DNA from: Candidatus Latescibacterota bacterium
GTDB lineage: Bacteria > Latescibacterota > UBA2968 > UBA8231
Length of the DNA: 64,000 nt
Assembly: GCA_965203175.1 (NCBI GenBank)
Contig: OZ241867.1
Coordinates: forward strand, 5,856,001-5,920,000
Direction of reading: 5' to 3'
Position 1 is the first letter of the stretch, and the number at the start of each line of letters is the position of its first letter. The notes beneath the pieces were generated by a model, which was not told the DNA's origin, searched no databases, and saw only the letters and a program-made list of their open reading frames with translations. Below are positions 17,525-26,835 of this stretch, piece after piece. The translations under genes were made by a program, and so were the position numbers.

Positions 17525-18973
17525 TCACGGCGCACGTGCGTCCGCGTCGAGCCGTTGCACGGCGAAGAGCATGCCGATGTAGAACCAAAACATGTTGCTG
17601 GGCAGGTCACCATTGAACGTCTGATTGACCTGGAAGGCGACAAACGTGGCGATCAAGCCGATGGCTATGGCGCGCAAATAGGAATCCTGCATCTGCTGCA
17701 AGCGCCCCAAGCTCAAAAAGAACGTCTTCCCGACAAACCAGACAAAAGCTGCGAAACCAACGATGCCTAGTTCGCCCAAGATCGCAGTCACTATAGTGTG
17801 CGGCTCTTTCACTAGGGTCCAGTGGGGATATCCGGGCGGCGCGTATTGGGAGAATATTACCGGAAAGGATCGCCAACCAGTGCCCAAGAACGGATGGTCC
17901 GCAAACATGTCGAGCGAGGCCATGACGAGATAAATGCGCGCCGTACTCGAAGCGCGGCCGGTCGAGCCGAACTCATCAAACAAGGTGAAGATGGAGGCTA
18001 AGCGCTCGAAGATGTACTCGGCATAAGGTACGAATTCTTTGAGGCCGAACACCAGCAGGATAAAGGCAAAAACTCCAATAAAAAAATAGCGCAGCTTACC
18101 GCTCAACCAGAGGATGACGAGCACGCCGACCAGCGTTGACACCCAGCTAGAGCGGCTAAACGAGGCCAACAGCCCGCCAATGCCGATGACGACCGACAAG
18201 GCGAAGAGCATGCGCTGGCCCCTAGGCAGCCGATAATTGAGCAAGACGGCCAACAGCGGCAGGACGCCGCTCATTACAAACGAAGCGAAGATGTTGGGGT
18301 TGTGAAAGGCCCCCGTCGCCCGCGGCACGTTGCCGCCCAAGGCGGTGATGACCTTGGCCGGCAGGTGGAATTGGCCGGTGATGACCTGATAGGCCCCCAT
18401 CACTGAGCCCGCTATCGTCAAGACCACTAGGGACCATAAGACCGCGGACACGGCCCGCCTAGAGTCGAGCGTGATTTGCACCATGTAGGTGAAGAGCACG
18501 AGGGCGCAAATCCGCAAGAAGCTGACGGTTGCATCTAGCTGATTGGGCGTGTACGTCAGCGACACCGCAATAGACGCGAGGAACAAAAAGAGCGGCACCT
18601 TAATCTCGAAGTCGGGAAAGTGCACGCGCTGCCGCAGACAGATGTTGGCGGCCAAGCCGAGGACCATCAGCCCGAAGGCCAAGTGAAACCCCGTCAGCAA
18701 GAAGATCTCTTTTGAAGGGCCGGACTCGCCGAACAGCCGACCCGTGCTGTCGAGGCCCGTCGTCAGCAGCAAAATTGGGACGATAAGCCACGGCTTCAGC
18801 AGCAGGCCCGCGACAAAAAACGCGACGCAGAGCGCGCCGATGATGAGGGCCGGGAGGAATTCGAAAACGAAGATGCTGCCAGCAACCATCGCGCCTTGGA
18901 AAACCAAAAACGCCGCAAAGTAGCGGCGGTCGAGGGCGAAAGTCCGCGGGATCTTAGGGGCGGGGGCCGTCAT
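17525..18973 (-). CDS. O-antigen ligase/polymerase (Wzy_C family)
   Basis: Polytopic; RATGAFHNPN, SFSRSSW, HPFLGTG, EPH...ELGIVG. Confidence 0.85.
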   Translation of the reverse strand: MTAPAPKIPRTFALDRRYFAAFLVFQGAMVAGSIFVFEFLPALIIGALCVAFFVAGLLLKPWLIVPILLLTTGLDSTGRLFGESGPSKEIFLLTGFHLAFGLMVLGLAANICLRQRVHFPDFEIKVPLFLFLASIAVSLTYTPNQLDATVSFLRICALVLFTYMVQITLDSRRAVSAVLWSLVVLTIAGSVMGAYQVITGQFHLPAKVITALGGNVPRATGAFHNPNIFASFVMSGVLPLLAVLLNYRLPRGQRMLFALSVVIGIGGLLASFSRSSWVSTLVGVLVILWLSGKLRYFFIGVFAFILLVFGLKEFVPYAEYIFERLASIFTLFDEFGSTGRASSTARIYLVMASLDMFADHPFLGTGWRSFPVIFSQYAPPGYPHWTLVKEPHTIVTAILGELGIVGFAAFVWFVGKTFFLSLGRLQQMQDSYLRAIAIGLIATFVAFQVNQTFNGDLPSNMFWFYIGMLFAVQRLDADARAP

Positions 18974-18976
18974 AAT

Positions 18977-20317
18977 TTACGCGCGAATAAAGGCGAGTAC
19001 TTCATCCCGCTTCTCGGCCATGCGCTCTGCGGATAGGGCCTCTAGGTTGAGTCGCAACAGCGGCTCGGTATTGGAGGGCCGCACGTTGAAGTGCCAGTCG
19101 TCGTAACTGACCGAAATCCCGTCGAGGCGCTGGATGTGGCCGTCTTGGTAGTGGTCGGCTATCGCCGCGATTTTGGCGGTGGGATCCGCGACCTCGGAGT
19201 TGATTTCAGACGACGTGAAGTACTGATGCTCTAGCGGAGCAAGCAACTCAGAGAGCTTAACCCCGCGCTGCGACAGCAATTCCAGCATCACTAGCGACGG
19301 CACGATGCCGGAATCTGCGCCAAAAAAGTCGCGGAAGTAGTAATGGCCGCTCAACTCGCCCGCGAAAACAGCTTCTTCCTCAAACATCCGCGGCTTGAGG
19401 AACGAATGACCAACGCGCTCAATCAGTGGGGTACCGCCGGCTGCTTTTACGAGGTCGGGCACGGCCCACGAGCAGCGCACGTCGTACACGATCTTGGCAC
19501 GGGGATGGCGCTCTAGCATGTAGCAGGCCATCAGCGCAGTCGCAAAATCGCCGGGCACAAAACGGCCCCGGTCATCAATGATGAAGAAGCGGTCGCCGTC
19601 GCCGTCAAAGGCAAAGCCGACGTCTGCGCCTTCGGCTAGGACGCGACGCTCCAAGTCGGCGCGGTTTTCCGGCTGCATGGGATCGAGGCCGTGGTTGGGC
19701 AGGTGACCATCTGGCTCTAAGTACATGCCGATAAACTCGATGGGCAACTGCTCGTACACGTCTTGTAGAATCGGCCCGACCATGCCGTTGCCCGTATCGG
19801 CCACTACCTTGAGCGGCTTGATCCGGGCCAGATCCACGAGACTCAACACCTTGTCGATAAAGCCCGGCGTCACGTCCTCGGCCCGAACCGCGCCCCGCCT
19901 CTGACCCGCACCCCAGCTTTCTTCCACCACGAGGCGGCGCAGATCTTGGATCCCGGATTCGCCGCTGAGCAGATAGGGCATTCGGCGCACCATCTTGAAG
20001 CCGCAGTATTCGGGCGGGTTGTGCGAAGCCGTCACCATCGCGCCCGGGCGGTCCAAGGTGGCGCAGGCGTAGTAGTATTGATCGGTACCGACTATGCCGA
20101 TGTCGATGACGTCCGCGCCTTGATCGACCAGGCCGCGCAAGAGGTGCTCCTTTATGGCCGGACTCGAAAGGCGCATGTCGCGTCCCACGACGACCTCCTC
20201 GCACTTCAGCAGGGCCACAAAGGCGCGGCCTATGGCGTAGGCTACTTCTTCGCTCAGGGGGTCGGGATAGATGCCGCGGATATCGTACGCTTTGAAGATG
20301 GAGGGATCGACCTGCAT
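18977..20317 (-). CDS. manB: Phosphomannomutase/phosphoglucomutase
   Basis: FKAYDIRG, TASHNP, FDGDGDR, GELSGH, RPSNTEP. Confidence 0.92.
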   Translation of the reverse strand: MQVDPSIFKAYDIRGIYPDPLSEEVAYAIGRAFVALLKCEEVVVGRDMRLSSPAIKEHLLRGLVDQGADVIDIGIVGTDQYYYACATLDRPGAMVTASHNPPEYCGFKMVRRMPYLLSGESGIQDLRRLVVEESWGAGQRRGAVRAEDVTPGFIDKVLSLVDLARIKPLKVVADTGNGMVGPILQDVYEQLPIEFIGMYLEPDGHLPNHGLDPMQPENRADLERRVLAEGADVGFAFDGDGDRFFIIDDRGRFVPGDFATALMACYMLERHPRAKIVYDVRCSWAVPDLVKAAGGTPLIERVGHSFLKPRMFEEEAVFAGELSGHYYFRDFFGADSGIVPSLVMLELLSQRGVKLSELLAPLEHQYFTSSEINSEVADPTAKIAAIADHYQDGHIQRLDGISVSYDDWHFNVRPSNTEPLLRLNLEALSAERMAEKRDEVLAFIRA

Positions 20318-20319
20318 GC

Positions 20320-21390
20320 TCAGACGAAGCGGCGCAGGGTGACGTCGAGCGCGCGCACGCCGCCCGCAGCCGGTTGGTGCTGCACCAGAATTGGGCTTTG
20401 GTAGGTACCCTGCAAGATGCGGTCCGCGCCGGCTCCCGCGCTGTCTGAGACCAGCAGCCGGATGTGGCGCTTCAGGCGCAAGATGCGCTGGGCCGGCGTC
20501 GATAACACCGAAAAGATACGGTCAATGACCGACCGTCCCACTGGAACTTGGTCGAGCAATTCGTTGTAGAAGTGGAGGGAATCGTAGGCCGCGTACGCGT
20601 GCATCTTGCCGGGGATGGAAGCGGGGTGCCGCAGGAGCCGCTTGCCGCGCTGGAACACGTAGCGCAGCGGATCGCTGAGGGCCTGGGGCAAGTCGTTGCG
20701 CATCAACAAGGTCTCGTACTCGTTGACGGTCATGCCGACGTGCCTTTCCTCTGGAGCGAGGCGAATGTCAATGCAGCCTTTGTCTATGCCGTATTGCCGC
20801 AGCTGGTCGGCGAGCGTTTCAAAAAGGCCGTAGCGCGGATCTTTGAGGTTGAAAGCGTCGATAGCATGGCTGCCGCCCACCGGGATCTCCACCCGACCGC
20901 GATGCACAATCTCGGCGTGGTTGTAGGCCATGACCGCAGTGCGCCGGCTGCGCACGTAGTGCTTGTAGATGCCGTCTAGTTCAATGAAGTACACCGGCTC
21001 CTCGGGACGGTGGATATAGGTCACGCAGTTTTTGAGACCCGCGGCGATAAAAGTCAGGTGCGAGTCGGCGTTGACCGGCTCTCTTTCCTTTTCCCTCTCG
21101 CTGAGCTCGTCGCGCAGCTGCATGCGGTCGTGGAAATAGCCAGCGTTGTAGGGAAATATTTTTTTGATGGCGCGGATGAACGGATCGATCTGCTTGCGGC
21201 TGTGGCCCAAGCGCCTACACGTGCCCTGCTCCATATAGCCAGCCGTGGTGTGAAACGAACAGTACGCGGCTTTGCGAAAGGGACGCAACTCGTCGCCGAC
21301 TTGCTGGCGAATCAGCTCTGCGATGTCGATGATTGCAAAGCGGTGCTGGGGGCGGATGGTTAGGTTGAGCTCTACGGGTTGTGGAGCCAT
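20320..21390 (-). CDS. Hypothetical protein with two YjbQ (UPF0047)-like halves
   Basis: HTTAG, YFHD, NADSHL and FIELDG in the N-half; TVNE and LQGTYQS in the C-half. Start MAPQPVE at 21390 avoids overlap with sixA. Confidence 0.65.
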   Translation of the reverse strand: MAPQPVELNLTIRPQHRFAIIDIAELIRQQVGDELRPFRKAAYCSFHTTAGYMEQGTCRRLGHSRKQIDPFIRAIKKIFPYNAGYFHDRMQLRDELSEREKEREPVNADSHLTFIAAGLKNCVTYIHRPEEPVYFIELDGIYKHYVRSRRTAVMAYNHAEIVHRGRVEIPVGGSHAIDAFNLKDPRYGLFETLADQLRQYGIDKGCIDIRLAPEERHVGMTVNEYETLLMRNDLPQALSDPLRYVFQRGKRLLRHPASIPGKMHAYAAYDSLHFYNELLDQVPVGRSVIDRIFSVLSTPAQRILRLKRHIRLLVSDSAGAGADRILQGTYQSPILVQHQPAAGGVRALDVTLRRFV

Positions 21391-21511
21391 ATTATAAATC
21401 CTGAGTCGCGTTTGTATCGAGCACCAATACACACTATCTTGCTGCTGATAAAAATACCCTCTGGTAAATGCCCACGCAACCAAAGACGTTCCCCATTCCC
21501 AACGCCCCACC

Positions 21512-22009
21512 ATGAAGACCTTGCTAATCATGCGCCACGCCAAGTCGGCTTATCCCCCCGAGATAAGCGACGATTTCGACCGTCCGCTCAACAAGCGCGG
21601 CCGCGCAGATTTGCCGCGCATCGCTCGCCTGCTCGCAGCGTACGGCCCGCGCCCCGAGGTCGTGCTGTCCTCGGCTGCACGCCGGGCGCACCAAACGGCC
21701 ACCGGCCTAGCCGAATCCCTCGGCCTACCGGCGAGCATCCTGCACTTGGACGACGCGCTCTACCTCTCGTCCCCCCATACCTTGGCTCAAGCGGCGACCG
21801 GCTTGCCAGACAGCGCGCAGACCGGCCTCATCATCGCCCATAACCCAGGGATGGAGGAGTGGATCAGCGAGCTAACGGGTGCGCACGTCTCCCTGCCGAC
21901 TGCGGGCCTAGCCGCGGTCGAATTGGGCATCTACTCTTGGGAAGAAATCAGTCGCGGTCGCTTGCTCTACTTCGTGGTGCCGAGGCTCGTAAAAGCCATA
22001 ACTCAATAA
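21512..22009 (+). CDS. sixA: Phosphohistidine phosphatase SixA
   Basis: MRHAKS, DFDRPLNKRG, SSAARRA.QT, IAHNPG. Confidence 0.88.
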   Translation: MKTLLIMRHAKSAYPPEISDDFDRPLNKRGRADLPRIARLLAAYGPRPEVVLSSAARRAHQTATGLAESLGLPASILHLDDALYLSSPHTLAQAATGLPDSAQTGLIIAHNPGMEEWISELTGAHVSLPTAGLAAVELGIYSWEEISRGRLLYFVVPRLVKAITQ

Positions 22010-22076
22010 TAACGAGTGGTTGACGAATGTCGCAGAGAAGGCTTATTTTTCAACAAATCACCCGGAGATAACGCGC

Positions 22077-22550
22077 ATGAACCTGCTGGACATCCTGTCG
22101 CCCGAATCCACCATAGTTGACCTCAAAGGAGAATCCAAAGAGGACATCATCGCCGAGCTGGTCAACTCGCTCCCAGTCGGCGACGCGATCACCGACCGCG
22201 ATCAAGTATTGCAAGCCGTACTCGACCGCGAAAAGATCATGAGCACGGGCATCGGCGACGGTATTGCCATCCCCCACGGCAAGTCGGCCGCGGTGACCGA
22301 ACTGGTCGCGGCCATGGGCACTCAGCGGCGGGGAGTCGATTTCGACGCCCTCGACGGCGAGCCAGCCTTCGTATTCTTCCTGCTGGTCTCCCCGGCCAAT
22401 GTCTCAGGCCCCCACATCAAGGCACTGGCGCGGATTTCGCGCTTGCTCAAGAACGACGAGTTCAAAAAGAAGCTCATCGAAGCAGATTCAGCCGAGGAAA
22501 TCATCGCCACTATCGAAGCCGCCGAGCGCGATATTCCTTCAGCCAACTAG
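22077..22550 (+). CDS. PTS EIIA (nitrogen-regulatory/fructose type)
   Basis: REKIMSTGIGDGIAIPHG, DFDALDG, HIKALARISR; GGAG RBS before ATG 22077. Confidence 0.9.
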   Translation: MNLLDILSPESTIVDLKGESKEDIIAELVNSLPVGDAITDRDQVLQAVLDREKIMSTGIGDGIAIPHGKSAAVTELVAAMGTQRRGVDFDALDGEPAFVFFLLVSPANVSGPHIKALARISRLLKNDEFKKKLIEADSAEEIIATIEAAERDIPSAN

Positions 22551-22568
22551 CGCAGCCCCTTCCCCGTC

Positions 22569-24638
22569 TTGCAGTTTCTCAATCCCGCGGTCCTCCTCGG
22601 ACTAGTCGCGGCGACCCTTCCCCTAGCCATCCACCTGCTGCATCGAGGGCGTGCCCAGCCCCAGCCTTTCAGCGACTTTGCCTTTCTGCGCCAGCTACAG
22701 CAAAACCGCATGCGGCGGCTCCAACTGCGCCAGTGGCTGGTCCTCTTGCTGCGCACGCTCATCATCGCGCTCATCGTCTGCGCCTTTGCCCGCCCGACGT
22801 ATCAGGCCGGCGGCGGATGGGGAGGCGGAGATCGCCCGGTGGCCGTTCACGCGCTCTTGGACCTGTCGTACAGCACCCGCTACCAACGGCCCTCTGGCTC
22901 CCTCTTCGACCAACTCCAACGCCAGCTCGGCGACCTGCTGGCCGTTTTGCCCTCGCGCGATCAAGTGGCAGTGCAGCCTTTTGCCCAACGGCCTCGCGCC
23001 CCTTTTGCGGGCGACTACGACTACTTGGCCGAGCGCATTGCCGAACTCGCGCCGACGCAAGAGGCAACGGATTTGCGCGCGGCCTTGCACGCGGCAGCCC
23101 AACGATTCGACCAAGAATCCGCCCTAGCCGCGCACGAGCTTTTTCTTTTTACCGATTTGGCCCAATACAACTGGGATCAACTCGAGGATTCAGTCCCGTC
23201 CTTTGCTGGCACGCACGTCTATATCGCCGGCCCGCTCGCCCAGACCCGGCCAAATGCTTACGTCGAGCGGGTCACGGCCCCGAGCTGGATGCTCGCGGCC
23301 GACGCCAAAGTCACCCTGCAAACCGAAATCGCGCACAGCGGCGCGGGCACGGCGCTCGACCTGTTTGTCGATGGCCAGCGCGTGCGCCGCCAGAGCATAG
23401 ATCCCGGAGCGCCGGGCACGACCCAAGTAGCACTCAGCTTTTCGCCGCGCCGGCCCGGGCGGTTGAGTGGGCACGTCGCGCTCGCAGACGACGCCCTCGC
23501 GCTCGACAACCGCCGCTACTTCACGCTCGACCTACCCACCGCCATCACCGTGCTGGTGGTGGGCGAGCAACCCGAGGACGCGTACTATGCGCGCCGGGCA
23601 CTCGGGGCGGCAGCCCTCTCCGATCCGGTCGTAAAAATCCGCACTGGTCTCTTTGCCAATCTCGACGTCAGCACCCTCGCCGGAGTAGATGTGCTCGTGC
23701 TCTGCAACCTCGCGCGGCTGAGCGCAGCGCAAAAGGCAGTTTTAGACGAATTCGTCGCCAGCGGCGGCGGCGTGGTCCTCTTTCCCGCACCGCAGAGCGA
23801 CCTCGGTTACTACAACCGCGACCTCTTGCCCGGCCTGACTCCGGGGCGCTTCAAAAACCGGATCGGCACACCCGGCAACACAGCCAACTATCAAGTCTTA
23901 GATTCGGACGAGCCTCACCACCCGCTTTTCAACGACCTCCTCGCCAGCGATGGCGATCAACCGCGCTTCTACGCCCATTTCACCATGACCCCCGCGCCCG
24001 ACCTCCTGCCCTTGGCCCGTTTCAATGACGGACAACTCGCCATGGCACTGGCTTGGAAGGAGCAGGGACGCGTCGCACTCGCGGCGTTCCCCATCGACCC
24101 GCAGTGGAACGACCTGCACCAACGCGGGCTGTTCGCCCCCCTCCTGCACCGCTTGGTTCGCGAGTTGAGCCTGCCACCCGACCGCCATGCCGCTTACCTA
24201 GTGGGAGAAACGGTCTATCGCCGCTTGGCCGATGTGCCAATGGAAACTGTAGTAGAGGCCGCGACGCCGTCGGGCGAGCGCCTGCGTTTGGAGCCGGAGC
24301 CCGTCGGCGGCCAATACTTGTGGAAAATTCCCCAAGTCGGCGAGGCTGGCATCTGGCGATTGCGGGCTGCGGGCGCAGAGGTCGATGCGTTTGCCGTCAA
24401 CTTCGACGCCCGCGAATCCGCTCTCGGACCCGTAGTGCCCGAGTACGTACGGAGCGTTTTCGCGGACGCGGAAGTCCATTTCCTCAACCCGGGTGACGAC
24501 CTGCGCCTCGCGGTCTTAGGCAATCGCCACGGCCGCGAACTGTGGCGCGAATTCCTGCTTTTAGCCCTCGGCCTCCTCCTCGCCGAACAGTGGATCGCCC
24601 GCGCACCCCGCGACGTTCCGGTTCGTCAGGCGGCGTAA
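22569..24638 (+). CDS. BatA-domain/vWA membrane-anchored protein
   Basis: FLNP..LLGL...LPLAIHL BatA N-terminus, DLSYS vWA-like motif, LDNRRY, C-terminal ELW...LLAEQW. Confidence 0.82.
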   Translation: MQFLNPAVLLGLVAATLPLAIHLLHRGRAQPQPFSDFAFLRQLQQNRMRRLQLRQWLVLLLRTLIIALIVCAFARPTYQAGGGWGGGDRPVAVHALLDLSYSTRYQRPSGSLFDQLQRQLGDLLAVLPSRDQVAVQPFAQRPRAPFAGDYDYLAERIAELAPTQEATDLRAALHAAAQRFDQESALAAHELFLFTDLAQYNWDQLEDSVPSFAGTHVYIAGPLAQTRPNAYVERVTAPSWMLAADAKVTLQTEIAHSGAGTALDLFVDGQRVRRQSIDPGAPGTTQVALSFSPRRPGRLSGHVALADDALALDNRRYFTLDLPTAITVLVVGEQPEDAYYARRALGAAALSDPVVKIRTGLFANLDVSTLAGVDVLVLCNLARLSAAQKAVLDEFVASGGGVVLFPAPQSDLGYYNRDLLPGLTPGRFKNRIGTPGNTANYQVLDSDEPHHPLFNDLLASDGDQPRFYAHFTMTPAPDLLPLARFNDGQLAMALAWKEQGRVALAAFPIDPQWNDLHQRGLFAPLLHRLVRELSLPPDRHAAYLVGETVYRRLADVPMETVVEAATPSGERLRLEPEPVGGQYLWKIPQVGEAGIWRLRAAGAEVDAFAVNFDARESALGPVVPEYVRSVFADAEVHFLNPGDDLRLAVLGNRHGRELWREFLLLALGLLLAEQWIARAPRDVPVRQAA

Positions 24639-24751
24639 AGAGGGAATTATATACGTGAGTGTCGATAACCAAGCCACAACCATTCGATTCAACGAGAAGT
24701 TCATGACCCCACGCTGAGAAAGTTCGCCGTGGGCAATCTGCAAGGAGACCT

Positions 24752-25180
24752 ATGGAAAAAGTAAAAAGCTATTTTGATCAAGAACTAGTAGATGTCGTAG
24801 GGGCATTTCTGTCTTTTTCGTGTGCGATCCACTGCGTGGCAATGCCGCTTTTAGTAACAATTCTGCCGTTACTGGGGCTCGGGTTCCTCGCAAGTGAACG
24901 CGCGGAATTAATCATTATTGGAGCCGTTGCGCTCGCATTAGGTAGCGTCGTTTGGGGGATTAGGAATCACAAAAGTTGGAGAGCATTTCTCATCCTCGTA
25001 GTGGCAGTAGCGTTCATCGCCACCGCCCCCGTTGCTACTGAAGGAATCTTTGAAGTAGTCCTCCATGCAACGGGAGGCATCCTACTGGCAGCAGCACATC
25101 TCCTAAATCGGCACCTATGCAAGATATGTCCTGCCTGTGAACGCGAACATACGGGTGATTCTCATTCGCTGCAGCATTGA
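24752..25180 (+). CDS. MerC-domain membrane protein
   Basis: S..CAIHC.AMP motif, 4 TMs, AHLLN; C-terminal CxxCxxC and His tail; AAGGAG RBS. Confidence 0.8.
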   Translation: MEKVKSYFDQELVDVVGAFLSFSCAIHCVAMPLLVTILPLLGLGFLASERAELIIIGAVALALGSVVWGIRNHKSWRAFLILVVAVAFIATAPVATEGIFEVVLHATGGILLAAAHLLNRHLCKICPACEREHTGDSHSLQH

Positions 25181-25200
25181 CAGAGTATACGACCTTTGCC

Positions 25201-25518
25201 TCATCCGCCGGCATCTAGCGCACGAAAAAACTCAAACGTATAAATGCCGTGATCGTGCCCGTCGGCCCATTCAATGCGAATGCCGTAGCGCCCGACGTAG
25301 CTAACCCCCCGCACCTCGGCCGTGGCCGACACTGCCTCCGGCTGCAAAAGCGTCAACCCGCTTTCGCTCGTATCGCGCAATTCCCGGCAGTGAGCACAAG
25401 GGCACTCGCGCCGCAACCCCTCCAAGTCGTAGCGGCTCTCGCGGCCATCGTTCCACCCGATGACCAACTCACCGGCCCGGCCATCCACGGCAATGTCGCG
25501 CGGCTTCGCCTTGTTCAA
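25201..25518 (-). CDS. DUF971/GBBH-N-like protein
   Basis: LRRECPCAHC, VGRYG, WADGHDHGIY. Confidence 0.88.
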   Translation of the reverse strand: MNKAKPRDIAVDGRAGELVIGWNDGRESRYDLEGLRRECPCAHCRELRDTSESGLTLLQPEAVSATAEVRGVSYVGRYGIRIEWADGHDHGIYTFEFFRALDAGG

Positions 25519-26834
25519 CGCGGCGCTCCCACCACCCGAGCACTCAGTTCGTAGGGCGCAGCGTCAGTGATCTCCACTTCGACGAAAGACCCCACCGGAG
25601 GCGTGCCCTCGGCGATTACTACTTGGCCGTCGATTTCCGGAGCGTCGCGCTCCATCCGCCCATAGCACATCTCCCCCACGCGCGCATCGACCAAGACCAC
25701 CTGCCGCGAGCCGACAAGTTCGTCGTTTTTCTCCGTGCCCACGCGCTCCTGTAGTTGCGTCAAGCGGCTGTAGCGCTCCTGCTTGACCTCCTCGCTGACC
25801 GGATCGCCAAGCTCATACGCCGAAGTCCCATCTTCCGGCGAGTAGAGAAAGCCAGTCGCGTAGTCAAAGCGCGTCTCAGCTACGAACTCCAGCAAGGCGG
25901 CAAAATCGTCCTCGGTCTCGCCGGGAAAGCCGACGATGAACGTCGAGCGCAGTCCGGCCCCCGGCAACCGCTCCTGCAGTCGCGCCAACAAATCGAGCGT
26001 CTTTTGGCGCGTTGTCGCCCGCTTCATGCGCTTGAGCACCGGGTCGGAGATGTGTTGCAGCGGCATGTCGATGTACCGGCACATCTTGTCACACGTAGCG
26101 TAGAAGTCGATCAATTCCTCGGTCCAAAACGCCGGATAGGTGTACATCAAGCGCATCCACTCAATGCCCTCCACCTCGGCGAGCGCTTGTAAGAGGCGCA
26201 CGAGCTGCGGCCGGCCGTAGAGGTCGGCCCCATAGCGCACCGAGTCCTGCGAAACCAAGACCAGCTCCCGCACCCCCTCCGCGGCCAGCCGCTCGGCCTC
26301 GGCCACGAGCTGTTCGACCGGCTCGCTCACGTGCCGCCCGCGAATGGCGGGAATGGCGCAAAAGGCGCATTGGTGATCGCAGCCGTCCGATATGCGCAGG
26401 TACGCCCAGTGCTTGGGCGTCAGCGAAGTCCGCGGCAAGCTGGCCAAGTACCTGGGCCGCTGGACGCCCAACACATCGTCAACGTGGTGGACGATGTCGG
26501 CCTCGTCGGCGATCGTCAACAGCTTGTCGGCCTCTACCAACTCCTGCGCTAGCTCCTCGTAGTAGCGCGTCGATAGACACCCCGTGACGATCACCCCCTC
26601 GCACTGCCCCTCTTGCTTGAGCCGATGCGCGTCCATAATCGCGGCGAGGGATTCTTCTTTGGCTGGCTCGATAAAGCCGCAGGTATTGACCACCACCACG
26701 TCCGCTTCTTCCGGCGCGTCCGTCATCTGATAGGCATGGCCCTGCAAAAGCCCCAGCATCCGCTCGGAATCAACCGTGTTTTTCGGGCACCCCAAGCTGA
26801 CTAGGTGCACTTTGTGGGGCTGGTTCTCATTCAT
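25515..26834 (-). CDS. rimO: Ribosomal protein S12 methylthiotransferase
   Basis: SLGCPKNTVDSE, NTCGFI, GCDHQCAFC radical SAM motif, DAPEIDG TRAM domain; start MNENQPH at 26834. Confidence 0.95.
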   Translation of the reverse strand: MNENQPHKVHLVSLGCPKNTVDSERMLGLLQGHAYQMTDAPEEADVVVVNTCGFIEPAKEESLAAIMDAHRLKQEGQCEGVIVTGCLSTRYYEELAQELVEADKLLTIADEADIVHHVDDVLGVQRPRYLASLPRTSLTPKHWAYLRISDGCDHQCAFCAIPAIRGRHVSEPVEQLVAEAERLAAEGVRELVLVSQDSVRYGADLYGRPQLVRLLQALAEVEGIEWMRLMYTYPAFWTEELIDFYATCDKMCRYIDMPLQHISDPVLKRMKRATTRQKTLDLLARLQERLPGAGLRSTFIVGFPGETEDDFAALLEFVAETRFDYATGFLYSPEDGTSAYELGDPVSEEVKQERYSRLTQLQERVGTEKNDELVGSRQVVLVDARVGEMCYGRMERDAPEIDGQVVIAEGTPPVGSFVEVEITDAAPYELSARVVGAPR

Positions 26835-26835
26835 C

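Noticed and set aside
22733-24028. 431-aa alternative-frame ORF and similar long shadows (26776-27867, 28456-29343, 41142-42164)
   Set aside because: Overlap well-supported genes; typical high-GC artefacts with no motifs.
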